In this document: in pieces, positions 7,755-16,658 of the stretch
Layout: every line of letters begins with the position of its first letter
How positions within the stretch are numbered: the stretch's first letter is position 1
Translations under genes and position numbers: made by a program
The notes under the pieces: generated by a model
Told to the model about the DNA's origin: nothing
The model's database searches: none
The model's input: only the letters and a program-made list of their open reading frames with translations
Assembly (NCBI GenBank): GCA_002496395.1
Contig: DAJQ01000023.1
Span: 1 to 63,307, forward strand
From: Methanocorpusculaceae archaeon UBA456
GTDB taxonomy: Archaea > Halobacteriota > Methanomicrobia > Methanomicrobiales > Methanocorpusculaceae
DNA: 63,307 nt
Reading direction: 5' to 3'

Positions 7755-9104
7755 TTACATCAGGTACTCCTTCATCACGAAGAGTACGCGTGTATCCGCG
7801 TTCAACCGCTCGGCAAACTGCTCCCGCCCGTCACGATCCTGCGGGTATGACTGCATGCGGGCAAACCGTATCTCTTCAAGCGGGAAACCTTCCGCCAGAA
7901 GCAGGTTCTTAATGTCCTCCTCATCCATTTCTGGCGGATTCTGGCCGATGTCCAAAAGCCAGAGTGTACGGTCGTCTATACTCTTTGGGTTTTCGATGAC
8001 ACTCCAGAAAAAAGCATCGCTGGCGCAGAACACCAAAAAGGCTGAGTGATTCTCAAGACGTGCCCGGTACCCGGCAAAATTCGCGGCGCTTGCGTTGAGG
8101 CAGAGCCAGGATCTTCCGGGGCTCGTCCTTATTCCTCCCGGAAGAGAGCCTTCGCCGAGGTGCTCCGCGATGGCGGCAGAGATCTCATCGTCTGAGAGAG
8201 CGGCATCGTAGGCGATGGCGACATCCCATTCCGCCGTCCGCTGCCATTCCTCCAGTTCCCTCTGCTGTGCAATCAACTCTGACTCGGATAGAGGGGTGAC
8301 AGGAGGTGGGGTTCGTGTCGATACGATTTCCCGTTGTCTGAAAAACTCCATATAGGACTCAAAATCATCCTCAGAGAGAATTTGCCGGAGATCGATATCA
8401 TGTCCTTCTGCAAACGAGATTATCTCGTGATAACGTGCATTTATATCTCGCCATACAGCAATCCTGCTCTCGATCTCATCCGGGTCGAGGGTGCGTCCGA
8501 GGTGATCGACGGCTGCACCTTCGTCTGCTGGTTCCCGCTCAACAATCATCCCGGATGCCGGATCTATCAGGAAGAGTTTCTCCGTATCGTTCACCGCCAT
8601 CGCCCATATCAGGACACCGGTGACCGGCGGGGCGTAGCATGGGAGAGCCTCCTGAATGATCCATCCAGGATATGTGCGCTCTGTTGTTGCAACTGCCAGG
8701 CGTATGGCATCATCGGGGTCAAAGGTCGGTGATGTAATCCCATACTCCATCACCGAACCGCCGAGAACCGTCCGGGCTGCGATCGTAATGCTCCCAATCA
8801 CCATGCCACCACTCTTCACCGGGTACTGGTAGACAAAAGGCCTCCCGTTGCGGTCGAAAAAGAGCAGGGACTCTCCCCCAATAGTAGCGCCCCTCCATGC
8901 CTCATCTTCGGCGAGTCCCGGATCCGCAACGATGAATTCGACGAGCGCCGCAGTCGCGTGATCGCGGGCGATCTCCTCAGCGACGAGATATGGATCTACA
9001 GGCTCTGTAATTAGTGGAGGAGGAGTCAAAAAAAGGACGGCACTTGCAAGAATAATGCATGTGACGACAGCAGCAATAACAATTATACGTTCTCTTCGGC
9101 TCAT
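7755..9104 (-). CDS. Hypothetical membrane-anchored exported protein (about 449 aa)
   Basis: Start MSRRERIIVIAAVV at 9104 (ATGA overlap with the upstream small ORF); N-terminal TM, acidic soluble body. Confidence 0.8.
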   Translation of the reverse strand: MSRRERIIVIAAVVTCIILASAVLFLTPPPLITEPVDPYLVAEEIARDHATAALVEFIVADPGLAEDEAWRGATIGGESLLFFDRNGRPFVYQYPVKSGGMVIGSITIAARTVLGGSVMEYGITSPTFDPDDAIRLAVATTERTYPGWIIQEALPCYAPPVTGVLIWAMAVNDTEKLFLIDPASGMIVEREPADEGAAVDHLGRTLDPDEIESRIAVWRDINARYHEIISFAEGHDIDLRQILSEDDFESYMEFFRQREIVSTRTPPPVTPLSESELIAQQRELEEWQRTAEWDVAIAYDAALSDDEISAAIAEHLGEGSLPGGIRTSPGRSWLCLNASAANFAGYRARLENHSAFLVFCASDAFFWSVIENPKSIDDRTLWLLDIGQNPPEMDEEDIKNLLLAEGFPLEEIRFARMQSYPQDRDGREQFAERLNADTRVLFVMKEYLM

Positions 9105-9268
9105 GGCATCACCGTCAGTAACCAACCATAATATGCGTTCATAAACCCATATGGTGCTATTTCAGACTCCACTAAGGGATGATATTCCGACTCATTATTA
9201 ACATTTACTGCTGGCACAACACACATGCACAACAGTAATATGGCAAAAGACACGGAGAGTGCCTGCAT
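9101..9268 (-). CDS. 55-aa signal-peptide-bearing small ORF
   Basis: Manual translation MQALSVSFAILLLCMCVVPAVNVNNESEYHPLVESEIAPYGFMNAYYGWLLTVMP*; N-terminus resembles MQAFSVLLAVLL of the 4872 gene; below the track cutoff. Confidence 0.5.
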   Translation of the reverse strand: MQALSVSFAILLLCMCVVPAVNVNNESEYHPLVESEIAPYGFMNAYYGWLLTVMP

Positions 9269-9364
9269 TGCATTTTTCCATTCATATAACCATTCTCCCG
9301 GTTATGTCGCAGGCACATCATCAAGGCTCACATACTGACTTGTTGACCAGCTAATTTATTATCT

Positions 9365-9392
9365 CTCTCCAATTCCTCGACACATCCGGGAC
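9365..9392 (-). repeat. Third partial copy of the cassette upstream region
   Basis: 28 nt identical to 3524-3551 (ctctccaattcctcgacacatccgggac); weaker similarity continues to about 9420. Confidence 0.85.
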
Positions 9393-9414
9393 ATCCCTTC
9401 CTCACGTAAGCTCG

Positions 9415-9452
9415 AGTCAACTACCCCCTCCGTTAGGTGGGGGTAGTTGACT
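9415..9452. repeat. Perfect 14-bp inverted repeat resembling an IS200/IS605-family end
   Basis: AGTCAACTACCCCC, 10-nt loop, GGGGGTAGTTGACT. Confidence 0.7.
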
Positions 9453-9823
9453 GAATGCTTGGTAATATTCCTGATACTATCGTATTATGTGTGTCTTGTA
9501 CACATTTTTCCAACCTATTTTGTGATAGATGTACACATTTTCCTAACTTAACCTATGAAGAGCCATACTTTGAAAGATCCCCGGATAGAGAACCAAATTT
9601 CCAGCCTGCCTTTTTCTCTCAACATTTCTCACATCCACTCTTCCCACATGAAATATCTGCATTACAGCCTGCTGAATACCTATGCAGGGGGATGGAGAGA
9701 TAGATCCGGGAAACTGAGAGCGAGACGGCGGTGAACAGAGCATCAACACAGGCGATCAACGGAAAATATGAGAAAGAAGGTATTTTCCCAATCAGAGAAG
9801 AAGAATAACAACGGAGAGAATCT

Positions 9824-10713
9824 ATGAAGATACAAACGATTACAGCAGCAACCCTCGTGCTTGCACTCTGTATCCTCTTCACGTGCGGATGCACCACGAC
9901 GACGGAGACAAACCAGCTGCCGCCAGTAACAGCACCCACGGCCCTCTCGTATAATGATATCCCGGTTCAGTATGCCGAGGTGAACGGCATCACGCTCGGG
10001 TATCGTGAATTCGGGGCGGAGAACACCGAACCGCTTCTCATGCTTGTAGGGTTTGGCGAGACGATGAATACCTGGAATCCCACGTTCATCGGTATTCTTG
10101 CAGAAGACTTCCATGTGTATACCTATGACCACCGTGGCATGGGGGAGAGCACCGATGTCGACGCCCAGTAACCATTGCACAGCTTGGAGACGATGCAGCA
10201 GGGCTGATGACCGCACTCGGGTACGACAGCATGAATATCTACGGCGTCTCGATGGGATCGACCGTTTCACAGCAGCTCCTGATCGATCCCCCTGAGAAGG
10301 TGAGAAAGGCCATCCTCTCCTCCGCCACGTACAACGCTTCCATTCCGGAGACCAGTCTGCTGCACCAGTTACTCGAAACGACTGCGGCAGATCCGAATAA
10401 GCCTGACGGCACCCGAAAGGAGGCCATGGCAAACCTCGCATGGGAGGGCAGTTATGACAGCCTCCCGGGGATTACAAATCACGTCATGCTCATCACCGGA
10501 ACCGCTGATATCCTGACTCCGCCATCAGTCGCGATCGAGATGGCAGGCCAGATTGATGGATCATGGCTCATCCGTTTCAAAGATATCCCCCACGGAGGAT
10601 CAAGGTATGCTCCCATCGAATACGGGACTATCACGACGACATTCCTGAAGCTGGACGAATCTCCTGAATATTCTATTCGGGACATTCTCAACTCCACCAA
10701 AATCGCAGAATAG
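9824..10713 (+). pseudogene. Alpha/beta hydrolase lipoprotein, frameshifted near 10165
   Basis: ORFs 9824-10171 and 10207-10713 join if one C is added to CCC at 10164-10166 (DAPVTIAQLGDDAAGLM); nucleophile elbow GVSMG; HGG near the C-terminus. Confidence 0.8.
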
Positions 10714-10752
10714 AAATGCAAATCAGATAAGTCTTCAGAGATCGACAGAAAG

Positions 10753-10939
10753 AACAAACTCCACTTCGCAATACACGGAAATACTGCCGCTGAACTGATA
10801 GTGAATCGTGCAAGATTTCAGGGTTATACAGGACAGGCTGTATGAAAGCGATTTTGATCAAATGATTCAGGAAGCAGAAACAAAAGCCCAAAAGAAGAAT
10901 CCAAAAACAAGCGCAGGAGAGAAGAAGAGTCAGGAGTAA
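10753..10939 (+). pseudogene. Internally deleted remnant of a RhuM-family gene
   Basis: NKLHFAIHGNTAAELIVNRA (10753-10812) abuts, in another frame, QDFRVIQDRLYESDFDQM...* (10811-10939); both match recalled RhuM motifs. Confidence 0.6.
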
Positions 10940-10944
10940 ACACG

Positions 10945-11484
10945 ATGATCCACCCCCACAGAAACATCATCCTGATCGGCATGCCGGGGGCCGGGAAGAG
11001 CACCGTCGGCGTCATACTTGCAAAGACGCTCGGCATGCAGTTCATTGATTGCGACATCCTGATACAGCAGCAGACCGGGAGGAAGCTTCAGGAGATCCTC
11101 GACACAGACGGCCCCGATACATTCCGGACGATCGAGGAGGAGGCGATCCTCTCCCTCGCCGGGCAGGAGGAAAAAGGTCAATCTGACGGCCATTTTTCCG
11201 CCTATGCGGTGATTGCAACCGGCGGGAGCGTCGTCTGGAGCAGGGCGGCGATGGAGCACCTGAAATCACTTGGATTGGTCGTGTACCTGGAGATCTCCTT
11301 TTCAGAGATGGAAAAAAGGATCAGAAACATCACCACACGGGGAATCGTCCTCATGCCGAACCAGACTCTCCGCGGGATGTATGACAGCCGGGTGCCACTC
11401 TATGAGCAGTATGCCGATATCACCATTGCGTGTTCAGATAAGGATCTCGAGTCCGTGGTAAGCGGGATACTTGAGAGGGTGTAA
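10945..11484 (+). CDS. aroK: Shikimate kinase, bacterial/NMP-kinase type
   Basis: GMPGAGKST P-loop, DCD, F(R)..EEE, ATGGSVV, R.PLYE motifs. Confidence 0.85.
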   Translation: MIHPHRNIILIGMPGAGKSTVGVILAKTLGMQFIDCDILIQQQTGRKLQEILDTDGPDTFRTIEEEAILSLAGQEEKGQSDGHFSAYAVIATGGSVVWSRAAMEHLKSLGLVVYLEISFSEMEKRIRNITTRGIVLMPNQTLRGMYDSRVPLYEQYADITIACSDKDLESVVSGILERV

Positions 11485-11656
11485 GTGAACCGGGGGAACA
11501 ATGCTGCCCCACCACCGTATTTCACAGCCCTATGACCAGGAAAGATTATTTCATCCAACAATTTCCCAACTCAAATAGAACCATTTTTCCCGATTATCAG
11601 CACTAATATAACTATTCATTAAGAGAAGGAGAACCCTTCAGGGTACATTGGTGCAA

Positions 11657-12055
11657 ATGGAAGAGTTCACGTTTGAAGAAGTGGTTAGATATCAGATTGC
11701 CATCATTCTCGCAAGTGATAATGATGAGGATCGGGGACTTGAGGGAAAACTACTCAATCCCGGAAATCTTGACTTCGCTCTCAGCTTTTGCATACAATAT
11801 TCCAATCCATTTGACAGAGCTGCGTATATTTTACATAGCCTTGCAACAGGACATCCTTTTGTTCAGGGAAATAAACGAATTGCCTTTCTTCTCGCCGCCC
11901 TCATTCTATTACGGACAGCTGAGCGATACGTCATTATGAGTTCCGATATCGTGAACAATCGTTTTGTACGGGATGTTGCTCAGGGAATAAAAACACAGAA
12001 AGACGTAAAGGACTGGCTCATCTCTATTACAAAAAAGAGCGAGGAACTATTCTGA
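11657..12055 (+). CDS. Fic/Doc-family toxin (Doc-like)
   Basis: HPFVQGNKRIA Fic motif in a protein of about 132 aa; TTG at 11648 is an alternative start. Confidence 0.85.
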   Translation: MEEFTFEEVVRYQIAIILASDNDEDRGLEGKLLNPGNLDFALSFCIQYSNPFDRAAYILHSLATGHPFVQGNKRIAFLLAALILLRTAERYVIMSSDIVNNRFVRDVAQGIKTQKDVKDWLISITKKSEELF

Positions 12056-12367
12056 GAGGAGCTTGAGAGTCTTTTTATGCCGTTTCATGAGCGTGTTGAA
12101 ATCCTCATCCTTTGAAGGATACTTCGGGTTGTCTTGAGAGGCAGTTTGTGATTCTTCCTCAGATTTGCAGGAATTAGATCGTTTTGGATATCCGGATACT
12201 ACCGATTCCCTGACTAAATCAGCAGATCTCTCCGGCAAGAGGGAGGCGTACAGACCATCCGGTTGATTGTGACCTTTTTTCTTATCTGTAACTTCTTTCC
12301 GCGTATACAACAGGATACCCCCCATATTTAGAGTAGTTTTGTACTCTGTACTTTTATATCGTCGCAC
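12047..12367 (-). CDS. Hypothetical protein, possible antitoxin
   Basis: Convergent with Doc, 9-nt 3' overlap; C-terminal helix FNTLMKRHKKTLKLLSE. Confidence 0.55.
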   Translation of the reverse strand: MRRYKSTEYKTTLNMGGILLYTRKEVTDKKKGHNQPDGLYASLLPERSADLVRESVVSGYPKRSNSCKSEEESQTASQDNPKYPSKDEDFNTLMKRHKKTLKLLSE

Positions 12368-12598
12368 TATTAATGTTCAGGTCATGGTAGCCATCAGAGA
12401 AAATACGTATTCATCGCCAAGGCCGAACCTATAGATCCATGCAGAAACAGATTTGCCTCGTCACACTATCCAAAGCCCTGGATCAAACAGGCAGATAATT
12501 ATTTCAGAGGAGACCATGAATTAAGCAGGTAGTCTCTGGCACCGGATCACCGGCTGCCGGTCGAATGGGATCTTTTCATAGGTGTTGGGGTGAAGTGA

Positions 12599-14641
12599 GT
12601 GAATGTTCAAAACCAGATTATCGTCATAATCATCCTGGCAATCGCCTCTCTGATTGTAGGACTCGGTTTTGCTACACACACGCTCATTCTCAACGATTTT
12701 GCCGATCTTGAAGATAATCACCTCGAAGATACGATGGGGAGAACCATCAGATCAATTGAGAGGGAGCAGCAGTTCCTCTCAACAAGTGTTCTGGACTGGT
12801 CTGACTGGGATGACACCTACTGGTTTGTGCAGGGGATGGATTCGGACTATGTGCAGAAGAACCTTGACGATTCTGTATTTGAATATTTTAACCTCAATGC
12901 AATGATCTTCACCGGACCGGATGGTGATGTAGTCTTTGGGCGTGGATTCGACCCGGATGAGGGTGAAGAGAGAGAGGTTCAACCGCAGCTCTATACACTC
13001 CACGACTCCCTCCTCCGATCTGGTGCCGAAGAGCTCTCCGGGATCTTTAAAACAGAAGACGGGCTGATGCTCGTTGCAGTACGACCGATCCGGATGAGCC
13101 AGGGGGAGGGGCCTGCCAGGGGCACTCTCCTCTTTGCACGTGCAATGGATGAAGGATGGATTGCGGATCTCTCGGATCTCACCGGATATCCGATCCAGAT
13201 CACCGATATTCCGGAAGCGCCTCTTCCAGCCGTTGAACCCTCTCTCGCCATTTCAAAGGAGGGAGATACCATCACCGGATCAGCTATACTATCCGATCTC
13301 TTCGGAAAGCCGGTGATGGTGCTCTCGATAACCCAGGATCGAACAATCTACCAGAAAGGGATTCGCGCCTACCAGTCGGGGGTGATGGCGATCCTGGTCT
13401 TCTCGGCCATCACTGCCATCCTCTTCTACCTGCTCATCAACCACTTCTTCCTCAGGAGAATTACCCGGCTGAACCGGGAGGTGCAGAATATCACAAGCAG
13501 TACCTCCACCACTGCATCAGTTGGAATCGACGGTGATGACGAAGTGGCAGAACTCGCAACCTCGATAAACGGTATGCTTGAGTTCATGGAGAAAGATCAG
13601 CAGGTGATCCGTGAAAGCGAAGAGAAATACCGCCTTATCGCCGAGAATACCGCAGATATCATCTATATCTGCGATATGAACCACAATCTCACCTATATCA
13701 GTCCTTCGGTTACGAAGGTGAAAGGTTTCACCATTGAGGAGGCGCTTGCGATGCCGATTGAAGAGAGGAATACTCCCACCTCCATAAAAGAGATCATGGC
13801 ACTCTTTGCTCTGGAGATGGAAAAAGAAGCCTCATGTGCTGCTGATCCGGGCAGAACTGTCACGTTCGAGAGTGAAGAGTACTGCAGGAATGGATCAACC
13901 ATACTGATTGAGAACTCTGTCCGGTTCCTGAGGAATATCGATGGCGAGCCGGTTTCGATTCTGGGTATCGGCCATGATATTACCGAGCGGAAAAGGGCAG
14001 AGGATGCACTCCAGCTCACAAACGCGAAACTCCAGCTCCTCTCCTCCATCACCCGCCATGATATCCTGAACAAGGTGATGATTGTGAAGGGATACCTCGG
14101 GCTGGCAGAGGAGTTACATGGCGAGAGCGTGCAGGCAGAGTACCTGAAAGAGGCACAAAAAGCCACTGAAGCAATCCAGAAACAGATCGAATTCACACGC
14201 GAGTACCAGCAGCTCGGGATACAAAGTCCGGCATGGAAGACCATCATCAGCCTGATCGAATCAATCGATGACAGAGAACTCCCGATCGTCTGTGATTGTG
14301 ACCGGATCTCGATCTATGCCGACCCGATGATCGAGAGGGCCTTCTTCAACCTCTATGAGAACACCCTCCGCCATGCAGAAGGGGCAACCCGTGTGCAGAT
14401 CCGGTGTGAAGAGACCGATTCCGGCCTCCTGATCACCTGGGAGGATGATGGCCCCGGCATCCCGGATAAGGAGAAGGAGGTCATCTTCGAACGCGGGTAT
14501 GGCAAGAACACCGGATTTGGGTTATTCCTTGTCCGAGAGATCCTCGATATCACCGGGATTACCATACTTGAGGATGGGGTTGCCGGGGAAGGCGCACGAT
14601 TCCGGATGCTGGTGCCGGAAGGCGGGTACCGGATCGGATAG
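12599..14641 (+). CDS. Sensor histidine kinase (CHASE4-HAMP-PAS-HisKA-like-HATPase)
   Basis: DWSDWDDTYWFV (CHASE4), GDDEVAELA (HAMP), YRLIAENTADII (PAS), ITRHDILN (H-box), NLYENTLRHA, EDDGPGI, GFGLF. Confidence 0.92.
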   Translation: MNVQNQIIVIIILAIASLIVGLGFATHTLILNDFADLEDNHLEDTMGRTIRSIEREQQFLSTSVLDWSDWDDTYWFVQGMDSDYVQKNLDDSVFEYFNLNAMIFTGPDGDVVFGRGFDPDEGEEREVQPQLYTLHDSLLRSGAEELSGIFKTEDGLMLVAVRPIRMSQGEGPARGTLLFARAMDEGWIADLSDLTGYPIQITDIPEAPLPAVEPSLAISKEGDTITGSAILSDLFGKPVMVLSITQDRTIYQKGIRAYQSGVMAILVFSAITAILFYLLINHFFLRRITRLNREVQNITSSTSTTASVGIDGDDEVAELATSINGMLEFMEKDQQVIRESEEKYRLIAENTADIIYICDMNHNLTYISPSVTKVKGFTIEEALAMPIEERNTPTSIKEIMALFALEMEKEASCAADPGRTVTFESEEYCRNGSTILIENSVRFLRNIDGEPVSILGIGHDITERKRAEDALQLTNAKLQLLSSITRHDILNKVMIVKGYLGLAEELHGESVQAEYLKEAQKATEAIQKQIEFTREYQQLGIQSPAWKTIISLIESIDDRELPIVCDCDRISIYADPMIERAFFNLYENTLRHAEGATRVQIRCEETDSGLLITWEDDGPGIPDKEKEVIFERGYGKNTGFGLFLVREILDITGITILEDGVAGEGARFRMLVPEGGYRIG

Positions 14642-14743
14642 AGAGCCGGAGATCAAGGTACTCATCGCAGGGTACCCGGCCAGTGATTCTCTATCGATCT
14701 CTATCGAGAGGATAAAAGCCACAATCCTCCCATCCCAAAGCCC

Positions 14744-14752
14744 TTATATATA
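14744..14752 (+). promoter_or_regulatory. Putative TATA box of the transglutaminase gene
   Basis: TTATATATA 21-29 nt upstream of the ATG at 14773. Confidence 0.5.
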
Positions 14753-14772
14753 GATACGTTACTTTTACCCCT

Positions 14773-16299
14773 ATGCGAATTGGAATCTCACTTCCCGCAA
14801 TCATCATCCTGGTGATTGCCTTGCTCGCTTTTGCAGGCTGCGTCTCCGATCAGCCGGTGTACCAGGAATCAGGCATCGGCGAGATGGAATATAACAAAGG
14901 GCTTGCCGAATATGAAGCCGGGAACTACCGGGCCGCAGAAGCAGCGTTTGAAGGATCGGCGGCCTGGTACTTTGCCAATGGATACCCGGATGCCGGAATT
15001 GCCTCGCGGAATGCGATGTTTAATGCAATCAGAACCTATGCTGAGTTTTCACTGGATGAAGCCGCTGCACGGGATATCCTCAGGGAGAAAGTACCCGGCA
15101 TCACCGATTCAGAGATAGATGCATGGCTTGCAGACGAAGCCCAGACACTGGTCTCCGACGGCGAGACCCTCTACTTCCATGATGTCGCAAAGAACTACGT
15201 CTATGCCCATCCTGAACTCCTTCAGAAACAAAAGCTGGCATTCACCTTTGCATTTATGTCCCGGTATGCACTGGCAGATGATATCCAGGCAGGCAACCTG
15301 AAGGCCGAGGAGCTCCCCTACAGGAACCCTGTCCACTATGAAGGGACGATGCGGCTGGAGATCGCAGAAGAGGATCTCCCGGCAGGAGGCACCCTGAAGA
15401 TCTGGTATCCGCACCCGATTGCAACCGATATCCAGCGTGATGTTGCTGTCACAAATATGGCATACCCGGAGTATATCGTGAATGGGCCGGATGTCAATCA
15501 CGAGATCGGGATCATCTACTACGAAATACCAGTCAATGCAATACAAGGCGATCTGGTCATCACTGCGGATATCAAATTCACCTCCTATGAGGGGATCTTT
15601 ATTGTCGACCCAGAAACAGTCGGCGAGTACGATACAAGCGATCCGGAGTATATCCTCTATACCAGATCCGAGCGGAACATCGAGGTAAATGACGCGATCA
15701 GAAACAAAGCCCATGAGATCGTCGGAAGCGAGACAAATCCCCATAAGCAGGCGCAGATGATCTACGAACATATCATCACCACCTACCCCTACAGCCATGT
15801 CCCGCATCTCTCGCTTGATACCAGGACTCCCAAAGTCGCCGAGTCGACCCATATGTTCACCACAGGTCGTGGCGACTGCGGCACCCAGAGCATGCTCTTC
15901 TCTGCATTCTGCCGCTCGCTCGGCATTCCTGCACGTGCCACCGGCGGGTACCAGATGATCCTCCAGAATGCGCCAAGCCCCCATTTCTGGGCTGAATACT
16001 ATCTCCCGGGATACGGGTGGGTGCCGGTCGATCCGACCGTTGCCGATGGAGGTGACTGGTTCGATGTCCCCGAAGAGGACAGGGCAGCCTATCAGAGATA
16101 TTATGGAACCAACATCGACCCGACCAGGCTTGTGATCCAGAAGAATGTCGATGCGAAAGTTGAACCGGATTACCCCAAAGATGCCGCGATCTTCAGGCTT
16201 GCCAGGCAGTATCCGGCGATTGTAAGCGATACATCCATGCAGGATATGGAGCTCATTGCAATGGGAAGCTTCAGAATCGATCTTGTGGAGAAGAACTAA
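14773..16299 (+). CDS. Transglutaminase-like domain lipoprotein
   Basis: Lipobox FAGC; GDCGTQS...LGIPAR, HFWAE and WVPVDPT give a Cys-His-Asp triad. Confidence 0.88.
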   Translation: MRIGISLPAIIILVIALLAFAGCVSDQPVYQESGIGEMEYNKGLAEYEAGNYRAAEAAFEGSAAWYFANGYPDAGIASRNAMFNAIRTYAEFSLDEAAARDILREKVPGITDSEIDAWLADEAQTLVSDGETLYFHDVAKNYVYAHPELLQKQKLAFTFAFMSRYALADDIQAGNLKAEELPYRNPVHYEGTMRLEIAEEDLPAGGTLKIWYPHPIATDIQRDVAVTNMAYPEYIVNGPDVNHEIGIIYYEIPVNAIQGDLVITADIKFTSYEGIFIVDPETVGEYDTSDPEYILYTRSERNIEVNDAIRNKAHEIVGSETNPHKQAQMIYEHIITTYPYSHVPHLSLDTRTPKVAESTHMFTTGRGDCGTQSMLFSAFCRSLGIPARATGGYQMILQNAPSPHFWAEYYLPGYGWVPVDPTVADGGDWFDVPEEDRAAYQRYYGTNIDPTRLVIQKNVDAKVEPDYPKDAAIFRLARQYPAIVSDTSMQDMELIAMGSFRIDLVEKN

Positions 16300-16582
16300 T
16301 CCATTTTTTTGAATGAATCCCCAGATCTTCACGCGCCAAATAATGCCGGGCGAGATCAGGATCAAAGATCCAGCAGACTTTGCCATTGGCATCAAGGGCG
16401 ATCTTGTTTGATTCAGTCAGGTACTCGATTGCTGTTTTGAAGGTCTGGTACATCATTTTCCGTGGGAGAGATGACCAGAGAGCTCGCCGCCGGAACTCAC
16501 CGCTATGCTCCTGAACATACTCCTCGATCATCCGGATTGTATCAAGTGTAGGTGAGTGTGCCGATGTACTCGCAGCTGACAT
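16271..16582 (-). CDS. Small archaeal winged-helix-like hypothetical protein
   Basis: SPTLDTIRMIE...LPRKMMYQTF..AIEYL pattern recalled from archaeal hypotheticals; TATA-like sequence upstream. Confidence 0.65.
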   Translation of the reverse strand: MSAASTSAHSPTLDTIRMIEEYVQEHSGEFRRRALWSSLPRKMMYQTFKTAIEYLTESNKIALDANGKVCWIFDPDLARHYLAREDLGIHSKKWISSSPQDRF

Positions 16583-16658
16583 AGAGAATGATGCGTCATA
16601 TAAGTATATATAACCAAAGCTGAACGTGGCCTGAATCAGGAGTCACCCTTCCCACCAC

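Noticed and set aside
9335-9355. GTTGACCAGCTAA, similar to a HEARO/omega-RNA segment
   Set aside because: Too short, no supporting stems, and no iscB/HNH gene nearby.
15109-16395. Long antisense or alternate-frame ORFs (also 17330-18181, 54349-55113, 57263-58000 and many shorter ones)
   Set aside because: Shadows of well-supported genes on the other strand or frame; no motifs.
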